DNA of 63,279 nucleotides, counting the filler, from Octopus bimaculoides (lineage: Eukaryota), in the NCBI RefSeq assembly GCF_001194135.2. It is 6 parts of 6 records of this genome, joined end to end, with 100 filler letters (N's around TTAATTAATTAA, not from the genome) between each part and the next. Parts side by side here need not be neighbours in the genome. Positions count along the whole stretch, not along the records: positions 42,766 to 58,952 come from NC_068987.1; positions 59,053 to 61,218 come from NW_026342974.1; positions 61,319 to 63,279 come from NW_026316251.1; 3 more parts are not named here. One strand, written 5' to 3'. Under the pieces are notes generated by a model, which was not told the origin of the DNA, did no database searches, and was given only the letters and a program-made list of their open reading frames with translations. Made by a program: the position numbers and the translations under genes. Within the stretch, counting starts at the first letter, position 1. Every line of letters begins with the position of its first letter. Shown piece after piece: positions 50,951 to 61,775 of the stretch.

Positions 50951-52730
50951 GTCACTTTGCCTCCGTGAGGCCCAACATTCAAAAGATGTTCTTTACATGC
51001 CACCAGCATCGGTGCACTTAGCTTGATGGGTCCTCTCCAGTACAGCACATTGCCAAAGGTCTTGGTCACCAGTCATTGCCGCTGTGAGGCTCAAAGTTCA
51101 AAGATCGTGCTTCACCACCTTGTTCCATGTCTTTCTGGGTCTACCTCTCGCACATGTTCCCTCCACAATTAGAGATTGGCACTTCTTTACACAGGTGTCC
51201 TTGTCCATATGCATCACATGACCATGCTCATGCAGTCGTCTCTCTTGCCTGACTTTTCTCTCAAGATGCTTACACTCTGTCAAACATGCACACTGACATT
51301 GCACAACCAGTGAAGCATACTGGCTTCATTTCTTTCAAGCCTGCACATATCCTTGGCTATCACAGCCCATGTTTCACTGTCATGCAGCACAGCTGCTCGC
51401 ACACAGGCATCAAATAATCTGTCTTTCACTCTGAGAGAGAGGCCCTTTGTTGCCAGCAGGGGTAGGAGCTCTCTGAACTTTGCCCAATCAAATCTTATTC
51501 TCACAGCTATGCTCTCTGGGCATCTACCTCCACTACTAACATGGTCACCTAGATAATGGATGCTATCTACAACCTCTAGCTTTCTCCCCTGGCAATTGAT
51601 GGAGTCTATTTTCTGTACATTTTCAGTGTTTTTTGTACCTGTGCATCTTTCACATACAAAAGCTAGTTTCCCTGTTAACCTTCCTCTGATGTTGCTGCAC
51701 CTTTTATGTGTCTAAAGCTTACACTGGGTGCATCTTGTGGAGTTTTTACCTACACCTTTTCTACAGATTGACCAGGGCCATCTACCTGAAGGGATTTGTG
51801 ATTTGTTTGCCTTCCTACTTTCTATTACTTTGGTGTTTTACGAGGTTAACACTGAGGCCCTTTGATTCTAGACTTTGCTTCCATACCTGGAACTTCTTCT
51901 CTAGTTCAGGTAGTGATTCAGCTAGAAGATCAAGGTCATCAGTATAGAGGAGAACCCAGGAGCAGCCTGTCTTGAATTTCTCTGGGGGACTATGATGAAC
52001 AAGAGGGGGTTGAGCACCAATCCTTGGTGAACCCCTACTTGTTCCCTGAATTCTTCACTGTACTCGTTGCCCACCCTCACCTTACTGGTAGTGTCTCTGT
52101 ACAAGGTCTGCATGGCTCTCACCAGTTTCCACATTGACCACCAGATAAGGGATCGGGGGGCCCTGTCAAAAGCTTTCTCCAAGTCAACAAAAGCCAAGTA
52201 CATAGGTTTATCTTTGGCTAGGTATTTCTCCTGCAGTTGCCTTACCAGAAATATAGCACCAGTGGTGCTTCTGCCTGGCACAAAACCAAACTGCATCTCA
52301 TCTAGACTAACTCTCTCCCGAATTAGTTAGGCTATGACTCTCTCTGTAACTTTCATCACCTGATCCAACAATTCGATACCTCTGTAATTATTTCTATTTA
52401 AGGCATCACTTTTACCTTTGTAGCAATTGAATATGGTGCTGTTACACCAGTCATTGGGTATGACTCCTTCATGAACCACCTGATTTACAATATGGGTGAC
52501 TAGACCATAACCTACACCATCAGATATTTTAAGCATCTCAGCGGCGATTCCTGATGGGCCGGGACCTTTTGCTGTCTTCATTTCCTTAGTTGCTTTATCT
52601 ACCAGGGCACTGCCGATTCAGGTAGCTATTCCTTAAATTGGGTTAACATTTGGCAGACTATCCTCCTCCCATTCATTCTCCATGTTCAGCAGTCTTTCTT
52701 AATGACATTTCCAAGCCTCTCTCTTTTCCA
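50951..52730 (-). mobile_element. RTE-clade LINE (second family), 5'-truncated with 3' end present
   Basis: MKTAKGPGPSG, RNNYRGIELL, QFGFVPGRSTTGAIFLVRQLQEKY, FVDLEKAFDR, GVHQGLVLNPLLF, WAKFRELLPLL, SETWAV and RGRPRKTWNKVVKHDL. Confidence 0.93.
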
Positions 52731-53109
52731 AATTATAATCTTAAGAATATTACTTTTCATGCTTGCATTTTTCCATGTAATCCATGATTTTTCCAGGCAT
52801 TGCTGTTATAATTAATAATGTGTCAATTAGTAATTTAAGATTTTACTTTACAAACATACTTATGCAATAAGTATATATATCATTGGCAGAAGTTAGAGAA
52901 TAAGTCAAAAGCTGAGAGTTTCGTGTATTGGCACTTATCAAACACGAATTTGTCCATTGTCACTCTGTAAGTTCTAATGAAATAACTTCTAAAATACAAA
53001 ATTTTGTCCAAAGCGTAAGGAGTAAACCCTGTTCCATGTGACACATTCTACCAGTACTGGAAGTGTGAAAGTTTTAAGTTAAAAAAAAATTAATTAAATA
53101 ATCTGTACG

Positions 53110-53420
53110 TCTAATTGAATAGATCCAAAATGGATGAAAGGCAAATTCGACCTCGACAGAATTTGAACTCAGAATGTAAAGACAGACGAAATACCACTTC
53201 TAAAATACGAAATTTTTTCAAAAACTTTATGAGTAAACCCTGTTCTATGTAACACATTCTACCAATATTGGAAGTTTGAAAGTGTTTAGTTAAAAAAAAT
53301 TAATGAAATAATCAAAGTCCACCTCAGTGAAATTTGAACTCAAAAACGTAAAGACAGACGAAATACAGTTAAACATATCACCCATCGCACTAACGTTTCT
53401 GATAGCTCGCTGCCTCAGAA
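53110..53420 (-). mobile_element. SINE family B pieces within a local tandem duplication
   Basis: ggatgaaaggcaaattcgacctcgacagaatttgaactcagaatgtaaagacagacgaaatac; the second copy continues into the head (ctgatagctcgctgcct). Confidence 0.8.
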
Positions 53421-53871
53421 AGTAAACATTCATTTTAGAAATATATTCTTTATTCTTATAGCTGAAGTGTTACTCCTTTACTCTCTTACTTACTGACAGG
53501 AAATTTTGTAACATTTTACCTCATAACTCTTTTTCTACTAAATTTTTTTCAATGCAACTAGTGATTCTGAATTCCTCATGCATTTTTCTTTCATTTAAGC
53601 CTAAGAAATGTATACTTTTATTTAAAATTAAAAAGTTTATGTTAATTGAAGGTGAATAGGTGCCTTACTGCCCCTCTTGAGGTCGCAGATATTTTGATGT
53701 AACTTTTTTTCTACTGAACCAAATTTCAAACTATTTATGCCAAAGTGTAGCTGAGGAGGTGTCCTTTTTAAAACTATTAACAGTTTGCAATTTAGTTGAG
53801 AACTGAATTAGTGGTGAAGCTTGGAAGCTGCTGCGATTGATGAAATATATTCAACCACTACAGTGGTTGAA

Positions 53872-53906
<35 letters not shown>

Positions 53907-56900
53907 TGGCTTACAATTGTGCCAGTGTGCTGGCACAATTGTTAGCCTGTTCAGTATGAACAGTGCAAACCAAAACTTAGAGTAACTCCAACCTCAATCC
54001 AATGGCTGCTGCTGCTGCTGGTACTTATGCTGTTGTAGTTACTGTGTATTACTATGATGCAGTTACACTGTTGAACCAGTGAAACAACCAACCATCCAGT
54101 TAAACAACAACAAAAACAAAAAACATAAAACAACAGCATCAACAACAATATTGGCAATAGCAAGTATGAGAAATTGGTGTAGGATTCAGTTGTTGGTTCA
54201 TGATGAGGTGTGATACAAGAAAAGTATGTTTGCATGACATTCTCAGTAAATCATTTTTATCAGATACACAGTTTTTGCAGCTTTTGATGCTGTGAAGGTC
54301 AGAATCTGTCAAAGCTATTTTCAAAGAAGTGGAGTGGGCATAAGAGAGTGAGTGTGAGATGGTAGTTGACACTTTGGCGAGTGGCAATGGCATTCAGTGC
54401 CTGCACTAATATGTGACTGAGGCAGGGAGTCAGAGTAGGGCTTGAGCTGGCATGATGTAGTGATAGATGGGATGTGTACAGTTAATGGATTAGTGTGCAT
54501 TAATCATTAATGGATTAAGCAAGCAACCCGAGGAGAGACAAAGAGAATGGTAAAGATAATTGAAGTAACAACATCAAGGATATGAACAGTATAGGAAGAT
54601 GTATAAAGCAGTAATAAACAGGATATAAGTAGGAAAGGGAGAGGGCTGTTGGACGTATAGGGCACTAATAGAAAGGATATGAAACAGTGGGGGGGGGGGA
54701 TAAGCTGTTAGAACACACATGGATTGGGTACATGTAGGGAAGAGAGAGAGAGAGAGAGATATGTAGTACTCAGTATAGGAAAACAGTGTAACAGCAATTG
54801 AAGCAATTATGTAGGGTTGGAATAAATGGGTTTCAAGTCGATATAAATGGTTATTGATGTAAATAGTGAGGCTGAGTAGTTAGAGGTGACTAGAGAAGAT
54901 ACAATCTTGTCATATTGATTTCTGTCAGTTAACATCACTGCTTGGTGACAGAGTGCAGGTGTCAGTGTTGATGTGGTGGTGGTAGTTGCAGAAGATGGTG
55001 GGATAATATTAGTGGTAATAGTTGTTGAGATTGTGGTGGTGGTAGTTGATCTCTTTTCTACCAGTGACCATGTGTGTGTGTGTGTGTGTGTGCACATATG
55101 AATGTATATATGTACGTATGTTTATACATCTATACACACATGTACAAAAACAATGGAAGTTCAGTTTTTCTTTTATTTCCAATACATTTATAGAAATTTC
55201 AAGTTCCTTCTGATCCACCATGACTATTTAAAACTCATTTTTATCAGTCACCATCGGTTTGTAAGTTGTGTCCAAGGAACAAAACAACAATTAGAATTTC
55301 AAAACATTGTCTACAATATATTAGATAGGAAACATATATATAAGCAATATATTTTAAATGTCTGATCCGAATAAAATCATATCATTTTAGTTAACTACTG
55401 GAATTTAAACACCAGCTTTTGGTGACACAAAAACGCATTTACAATAGCAAAAATATAGGTCAGTTGACCCCAAAATGCTTACCCCAAGGATCAAATGTTT
55501 TACTTCATCATCAGAGAGGAACGCAGGTTTCTGACTGACTTCTGTATGTGTACGGTTTGCTCCTACAATTGAAAATATTAGCTTAGATTAAGAAGCAAAA
55601 AACATAAACGTATTCTTCATGACTATATTTAGTAGGTTAGGTAATAAAACTGAAACTCCCTTATTATTCTATGTAGGTACTTAAGTGGTTTGGCAATATT
55701 TGTTTGTAAGTTCAAATGCTGTCAATACTAACTTTACATTGTCTGAAGCTTATTGATGTTTCACCACAGATCAGCCTTACTCCAATACATATGATAAAAG
55801 CATTCCAGCTTTAACAATCCCAGATTATTTTCATTTTCATCTATAGTGTATTTAGCACTATATTATCCAACATATAGTTTTTTTGTTTTTTTTAAAGATA
55901 GGATGTGACTAGAACAAAACCTAACTTATATTACAAGAACTTAAGTAATTATGTAGTCATTAGTTTTATTTTTTTTCGTTATGTTTGGCAGTTGATAAAG
56001 CAACATCTAGAGTAGTATTCTGGAACATACAGTAGGACAGAAAACTAGAAGACACTATACATACATACTACATAAAGCACACACACATATCCAAACAGAC
56101 TGGTGAGGGTTTGCATCAGCAAGATTTGTATTATTTAGTGGAATTGATAAAAAAAAGGAGAATAGTGAAATAACCTTGGGGAGCAAAAAATCCAGCAATT
56201 TGGACATAGCTCTACTTCAGGGAAAGTTGACAGAAGAGAAATTTGAGAGACAACTTGGCTTTACATTTTCTAAGTTAGAAAAACTGGCTGTGACAGTGAA
56301 AAGATGTTGGAATACAGGAGCTTCATATGTGATTAGGAATGGAATGAGGAAAAGTGGGCAAAGTCAAGTGTGAGGTGAAGGGAAAAGATGAAGTAGAAAG
56401 GGAAGTTGATGGATAAGAAAGGGTTTAATGAAGTAAGAGGAAGAAAGGATGACAAACATTCTAACCACAATACCAAAGCAACATTTGAATTTTCTAGAGT
56501 TTTTAAACCTTCTCTTAGTTTATTAAACCGTTTCTTATTCTTCAGTCTGTCTCTCACATAATCTTTTCCTTTCACCTCACTCTTGACTTGACTTCTTCTC
56601 CTCTTCATTCCATTCCTCTTTCTTTCTACTTTCTCACACTGTTTCTCCTCCGACTTCCTGTTCAGGTATGCAGCTTCCATGGTCCTCCATTCTTTATCAG
56701 TTGCAGCCAGTTTTGTTTTAGCTTAGAGAGTAGAAAACTATGCATGCTATCTCTCATTAATTTCTCTCCAGTCAACTTTACCCCAAATGAGGACTGTCCA
56801 AAATGTCGGATTTTCTACTCCCCATGGCAAGTTCACTGTATTCCTTTTGTTGACTATACCACACACATACGCATGCATGCATCCACATATGCACACACAC

Positions 56901-57294
56901 ATGCATCCGCATATGCACACACACATGCACATATGTACTTTAAGAATTTACAGACTTCAAACAATATGAAGCAAGTTATTTTTAATGGTTGAACTCAAAG
57001 GAGATAAAGCTACGATTAACAGCATCTAGAATATTAAGCTAAAAAATTTTCTTGGATAGAAAAAAGTTGAAGGCTGCCCATGGAACACAAACCCACATTT
57101 TCTATAAGCATGACATGTCTTAACCATTAAATCAAAGCAACACTTCAAATCTTTTGGAGATCCACCATTAAAAATAATTTACTACAAATGTATGTATGTA
57201 TGTATGTATGTATGTGTGTATGAATGTATGTTTGTATGTATGTATGTGTGTGCATATTTATATATATGTTTGCATGAATTTATATGTATGTATT

Positions 57295-57335
<41 letters not shown>

Positions 57336-57454
57336 ACATCATCTTCATTGTTTAACGTCTGCCTTCCATGCTAGCATGGGTGGGATGTATATATGTATAT
57401 ATATATGACCCACCCATTTGTACACATTGAAAAATACACATACATTTATATATA

Positions 57455-57487
<33 letters not shown>

Positions 57488-57524
57488 ATATATGTATGTA
57501 TGTATTTATATATAATGTATTTAT

Positions 57525-57908
57525 GGAGGCGCAATAGCCCAGTGGTTAGGGCAGCGGACTCGCGGTCATAGGATCATGGATTCAATTCTCAGACCGGGCG
57601 TTGTGAGTGTTTATTGAGCGAAAACACCTAAAGCTCCATGAGGCTCCAGCAGGGGATGGTGGCGAACTCTGCTGTATTTTTCACCACAACTTTCTCTCAC
57701 TCTTACTTCCTGTTTCTGTTGTGCCTGTAATTCAAAGGGCCAGCCTTGTCACACCGTGTCATGCTGAATATCCCCGAGAACTACGTTAAGGGTACACATG
57801 TCTGTGGAGTGCTCAGCCACTTGCACGTTAATTTCACGAGCAGGCTGTTCCATTGATCGGATCAACTAGAACCCTCGACGTCGTAAGCGACGGAGTGCCA
57901 ACAACAAC
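57525..57908 (+). mobile_element. Third tRNA-derived SINE family (C), full length, (CAA)n tail
   Basis: A box TAGCCCAGTGG, B box GGATTCAATTC, a non-repetitive body of about 300 bp, and a 3' end cgtcgtaagcgacggagtgcca-acaacaac. Confidence 0.8.
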
Positions 57909-58542
57909 ATAATGTATTTAAATATAAACATATATGTGTGTTTGTATTTATATATATATATTATGCACATGCATAGATCTATCTATATACATTATGTTGT
58001 AGTTGTCAGTTATTCCAAACCATTAAGTTTCTTTTGTATTACAGGTTTAATTCTTATGTGCTTTGTAGTATCAAAGCAAGCAATTCTTCAAACAGCATGT
58101 TTACCAAACAGAATAAAATAATAGAAAAAAAGAAAAAAAAAACCGTAAAACTTTTTAAATAGTCTGAATTCACCCCCTACCCAACCAGATGATTAATAAC
58201 AGGCGATTAATTCCTAATGTTTGTAGAATAATATAGAATGAGTTTAGTGAAGTTAACATGCATTTATATACAATTCTTTATGACGATATATGTATCATAC
58301 TTATGTTTTATGTGCATCATATGTGCACAAGACTTTTTCATGCACATTTGATGGTATAAATGCCTATGGTTTTGGCCATACATGAGCACCATTATAGAGA
58401 TTTTATTAAAGCTATATTATGTCCACATCATAGTGTCTTTATCACAACTCCTATCTAACTTTCAAAATTGCATTACATCTGCACACCATCTGTATTAGAG
58501 CTGCATAATATCTGTGTTATCTCTGCACTATATCTATATTTA

Positions 58543-58928
58543 TCCTTTTATTTGTTTCAGTCATCTGATTGCATCCATGTTAGAGAACCACCTTGAAAGA
58601 TTTTAGTCAAACAAATCAACCCCAGGCCTTATTTTTCTTAAGCCTAGTACTTATTCTTATTGGTCACTTTTGCCAAACCACTAAGTTATGGAGATGTAAG
58701 CACACCAACACCAGTTATCAAGTGGTGATAGAGGGAACAAACACAGACACAAAGACACACACATAGATATATACATATATATACGCTGAGTTTCTTTCAG
58801 TTTCTGTCTACTAAATCCACCCACAAGGCTATAGCAGAAGATACTTGCCCAAGTTGTCACAGTGGGATTGAACTCAAAATCACGAGGTTGGGAAGCAAGC
58901 TTCGTAAAACACAGTCATGCCTATGCTT
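58543..58928 (-). mobile_element. SINE family A, full-length diverged copy
   Basis: Tail tttatttgtttcagtcat, centre aacaaacacagacacaaagacac, head gttgggaagcaagctt...acacagtcatgcctatgc. Confidence 0.85.
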
Positions 58929-58952
58929 ATATATATATATATATATATATAT

Positions 58953-59052
58953 NNNNNNNNNNNNNNNNNNNNNNNNNNNNNNNNNNNNNNNNNNNNTTAA
59001 TTAATTAANNNNNNNNNNNNNNNNNNNNNNNNNNNNNNNNNNNNNNNNNNNN
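58953..59052. other. Artificial scaffold spacer (N44-TTAATTAATTAA-N44)
   Basis: Identical 100-bp construct. Confidence 0.95.
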
Positions 59053-59094
<42 letters not shown>

Positions 59095-59097
<3 letters not shown>

Positions 59098-59732
59098 GAT
59101 CACCTATAGAGCCCCAAAACAGTTGGGCTCTCTTACCTCAGAGAAGACCTGGATGGAAAGCACTCAGCATACAAAACAAAAATCCATGCATAGGTATGTT
59201 GCCCGGAAGCTTGAAGAAGACAGTAGAATTGACACGAAGCGCAGACTCTCTTGGACACAAGACCGCAACATCACATCACACTTTGAAGGCTATGCGTTTG
59301 CGATCCAGGAACAGGAGATTACTACAAAGTACCTGGTGAACAAGAAAGACAGTAACGCTCTTGTAATCCCATGTGTAGGCTATGTCAAGTTTCTGTGGAA
59401 GGCATTACGCATGTGATTAGCAGTTGTCCTAAAATGTCGTCACGGTACTACCTCCCTATGCGGCACGATGTTGCTAAAACAATTTACAATGCCATCTACA
59501 AAAAAGACTGTCCTGAAATAAACTTAGAAAATCCCTCTGTTATGGAATACATACATAAACACGAACCCAAGGAATACTGGTGGAATATTCCCATCAAAAC
59601 TTCTGTCAAATGTAAACATAACAGGCCGGATATTGTCGTTTGGGACAGAGGGGCAAAGGTATGTACCATCATAGAATTCAGCTGCCCTGCAGATATAAAT
59701 ATCTCTTTGAAAATCAAAGAAGAAGAGGTTAT
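59095..59732 (+). mobile_element. Non-LTR retrotransposon with restriction-like endonuclease (R4/Dong- or NeSL-like), C-terminal region
   Basis: SMHRYV...FEGYAFAIQEQEITTK, CCHC knuckle CRLCQVSVEGITHVISSC, RHDVAK and NRPDIVVWD...IIEFSCPADINI (PD..E/D nuclease). Cut by an N gap. Confidence 0.88.
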
Positions 59733-60293
59733 NNNNNNNNNNNNNNNNNNNNNNNNNNNNNNNNNNNNNNNNNNNNNNNNNNNNNNNNNNNNNNNNNNNN
59801 NNNNNNNNNNNNNNNNNNNNNNNNNNNNNNNNNNNNNNNNNNNNNNNNNNNNNNNNNNNNNNNNNNNNNNNNNNNNNNNNNNNNNNNNNNNNNNNNNNNN
59901 NNNNNNNNNNNNNNNNNNNNNNNNNNNNNNNNNNNNNNNNNNNNNNNNNNNNNNNNNNNNNNNNNNNNNNNNNNNNNNNNNNNNNNNNNNNNNNNNNNNN
60001 NNNNNNNNNNNNNNNNNNNNNNNNNNNNNNNNNNNNNNNNNNNNNNNNNNNNNNNNNNNNNNNNNNNNNNNNNNNNNNNNNNNNNNNNNNNNNNNNNNNN
60101 NNNNNNNNNNNNNNNNNNNNNNNNNNNNNNNNNNNNNNNNNNNNNNNNNNNNNNNNNNNNNNNNNNNNNNNNNNNNNNNNNNNNNNNNNNNNNNNNNNNN
60201 NNNNNNNNNNNNNNNNNNNNNNNNNNNNNNNNNNNNNNNNNNNNNNNNNNNNNNNNNNNNNNNNNNNNNNNNNNNNNNNNNNNNNNNNNNNNN

Positions 60294-60616
60294 AGCTTCG
60301 ATCCCTTCGTTCCTTAAGGCACGCATTTTAGCTCTGACGACGCAACCTTCGTGTTTGGCGTTGAGGTGTTGGTCGAGGGCCATCCTCGTAGCCAAAACGT
60401 TGGTTGCGCTGCCAGTTGTAAGTGCCTCTTCTAGTTTCTTAACTAAGTCTCCCTCTACTCTATTTCGATCTATCGCTAGTTCTTTACTAAACCTAATAGA
60501 TTCCGATTTGATTGCCATTTTCAGGGCAAACCACCAGCGGTTGTTAACGATGGCTCCTGTTAACGCCCTCTTAATATACTTCTTGTGTGCACGTTCCTGG
60601 TTGTTTTTCGTTTTTT
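60294..60616 (-). mobile_element. Tx1/L1-like ORF2 fragment (region between APE and RT)
   Basis: NRWWFALKMAIKSESIRFSK...L...HEGCVVRAKMRALRNEG resembles WW..K..IK..SI..SK...G..IRSR...EGE. Confidence 0.6.
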
Positions 60617-61218
60617 AACCGTTTATTTGTGCTGTTCGTTTATTTGAATTGACTATACATACATACATACATACATACATACATACACACGCGCGAGCGC
60701 ACACACACACAAACGCGCGCGCACACACACATACACACACACGCACACACATCATGGAGGATGTGGTTGCATGCCCTTTGCCAGCTAAAAAAAACTTCCC
60801 GGTTGCGTCACGCATAAATTTCATCAACTGTCCACGAATTTGTCACACCTGCGTAAATATTATATACAGCAATAGACAGGTGTGATATCTTTGATAGTTT
60901 TTGACTGATTATAAAGAGTTCACGAAGCTGAAATAAATTGAAATGGAAATGTCTAACGTTTCGATTAAAAACCCTTCGTCGAAGATTTTTCTCACCGTCA
61001 TGTATTTGAAGCACGTATGTATAATATTGTCTAATACACACTCATACGCAAAAAATCACATTCATACGCAAAAAATTACACTCATTCATGTGTATGTATG
61101 TACATACATATATACACACATATATTATACACATAAACACTGACACACACACACACATAGATGTGTGCATGTGTGTATGCATAAATATTTATGAATATAT
61201 ATATATTAATATATATAT

Positions 61219-61318
61219 NNNNNNNNNNNNNNNNNNNNNNNNNNNNNNNNNNNNNNNNNNNNTTAATTAATTAANNNNNNNNNNNNNNNNNNNNNNNNNN
61301 NNNNNNNNNNNNNNNNNN
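61219..61318. other. Artificial scaffold spacer (N44-TTAATTAATTAA-N44)
   Basis: Identical 100-bp construct. Confidence 0.95.
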
Positions 61319-61654
61319 AATTTGCCTTTTATCTTTCCTTGTTCCAGGGTCATAGATTGGCGAAAATGTCATAGAGTAAGACCAACTCCTTTTGAAATTT
61401 CTATCTAGATCCAAATATTCTGCAGTAACACAAATATTCAGCGTCCCGCCTGTTACCATAACGAGTGTCCCAGTTGATACGATTAATGGAACAGCCTGCT
61501 CGTGAAATTAACAAGCAAGTGGTTGAGTACTCCACAGACATGCATACCCTTAATGTATTTCTTTGGGAGATTCAGGGTGGTACAGTATGTGACAATACAG
61601 GCCCTTTCAAATACAAGTACAACTCCGTTTTGCCAACTAAGTTAACTGGTGCAA

Positions 61655-61775
61655 CGTGCCTTTCATCCTAAGAGGTTGATAAAGTAAGTACCAGCTGAAC
61701 ACAGGGGCCGATGTAATGTGACTTAACCACATCCCTGAAATTGCCGATCTTGTGCCGAAATTTGAAACCAATATT
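61655..61775 (+). mobile_element. SINE family B, 3' part
   Basis: gcctttcatcc...gataaagtaagtaccagctgaacacaggggccgatgtaat...cttgtgccgaaatttgaaacc. Confidence 0.75.

Noticed and set aside
57525-57600. tRNA gene
   Set aside because: It has A/B boxes but no complete cloverleaf and continues into a SINE body.
59371-60618. 415-aa and 340-aa ORFs apparently fusing RLE and Tx1 sequences
   Set aside because: Read-through of a 561-N gap; the two sides are different LINE classes on opposite strands.
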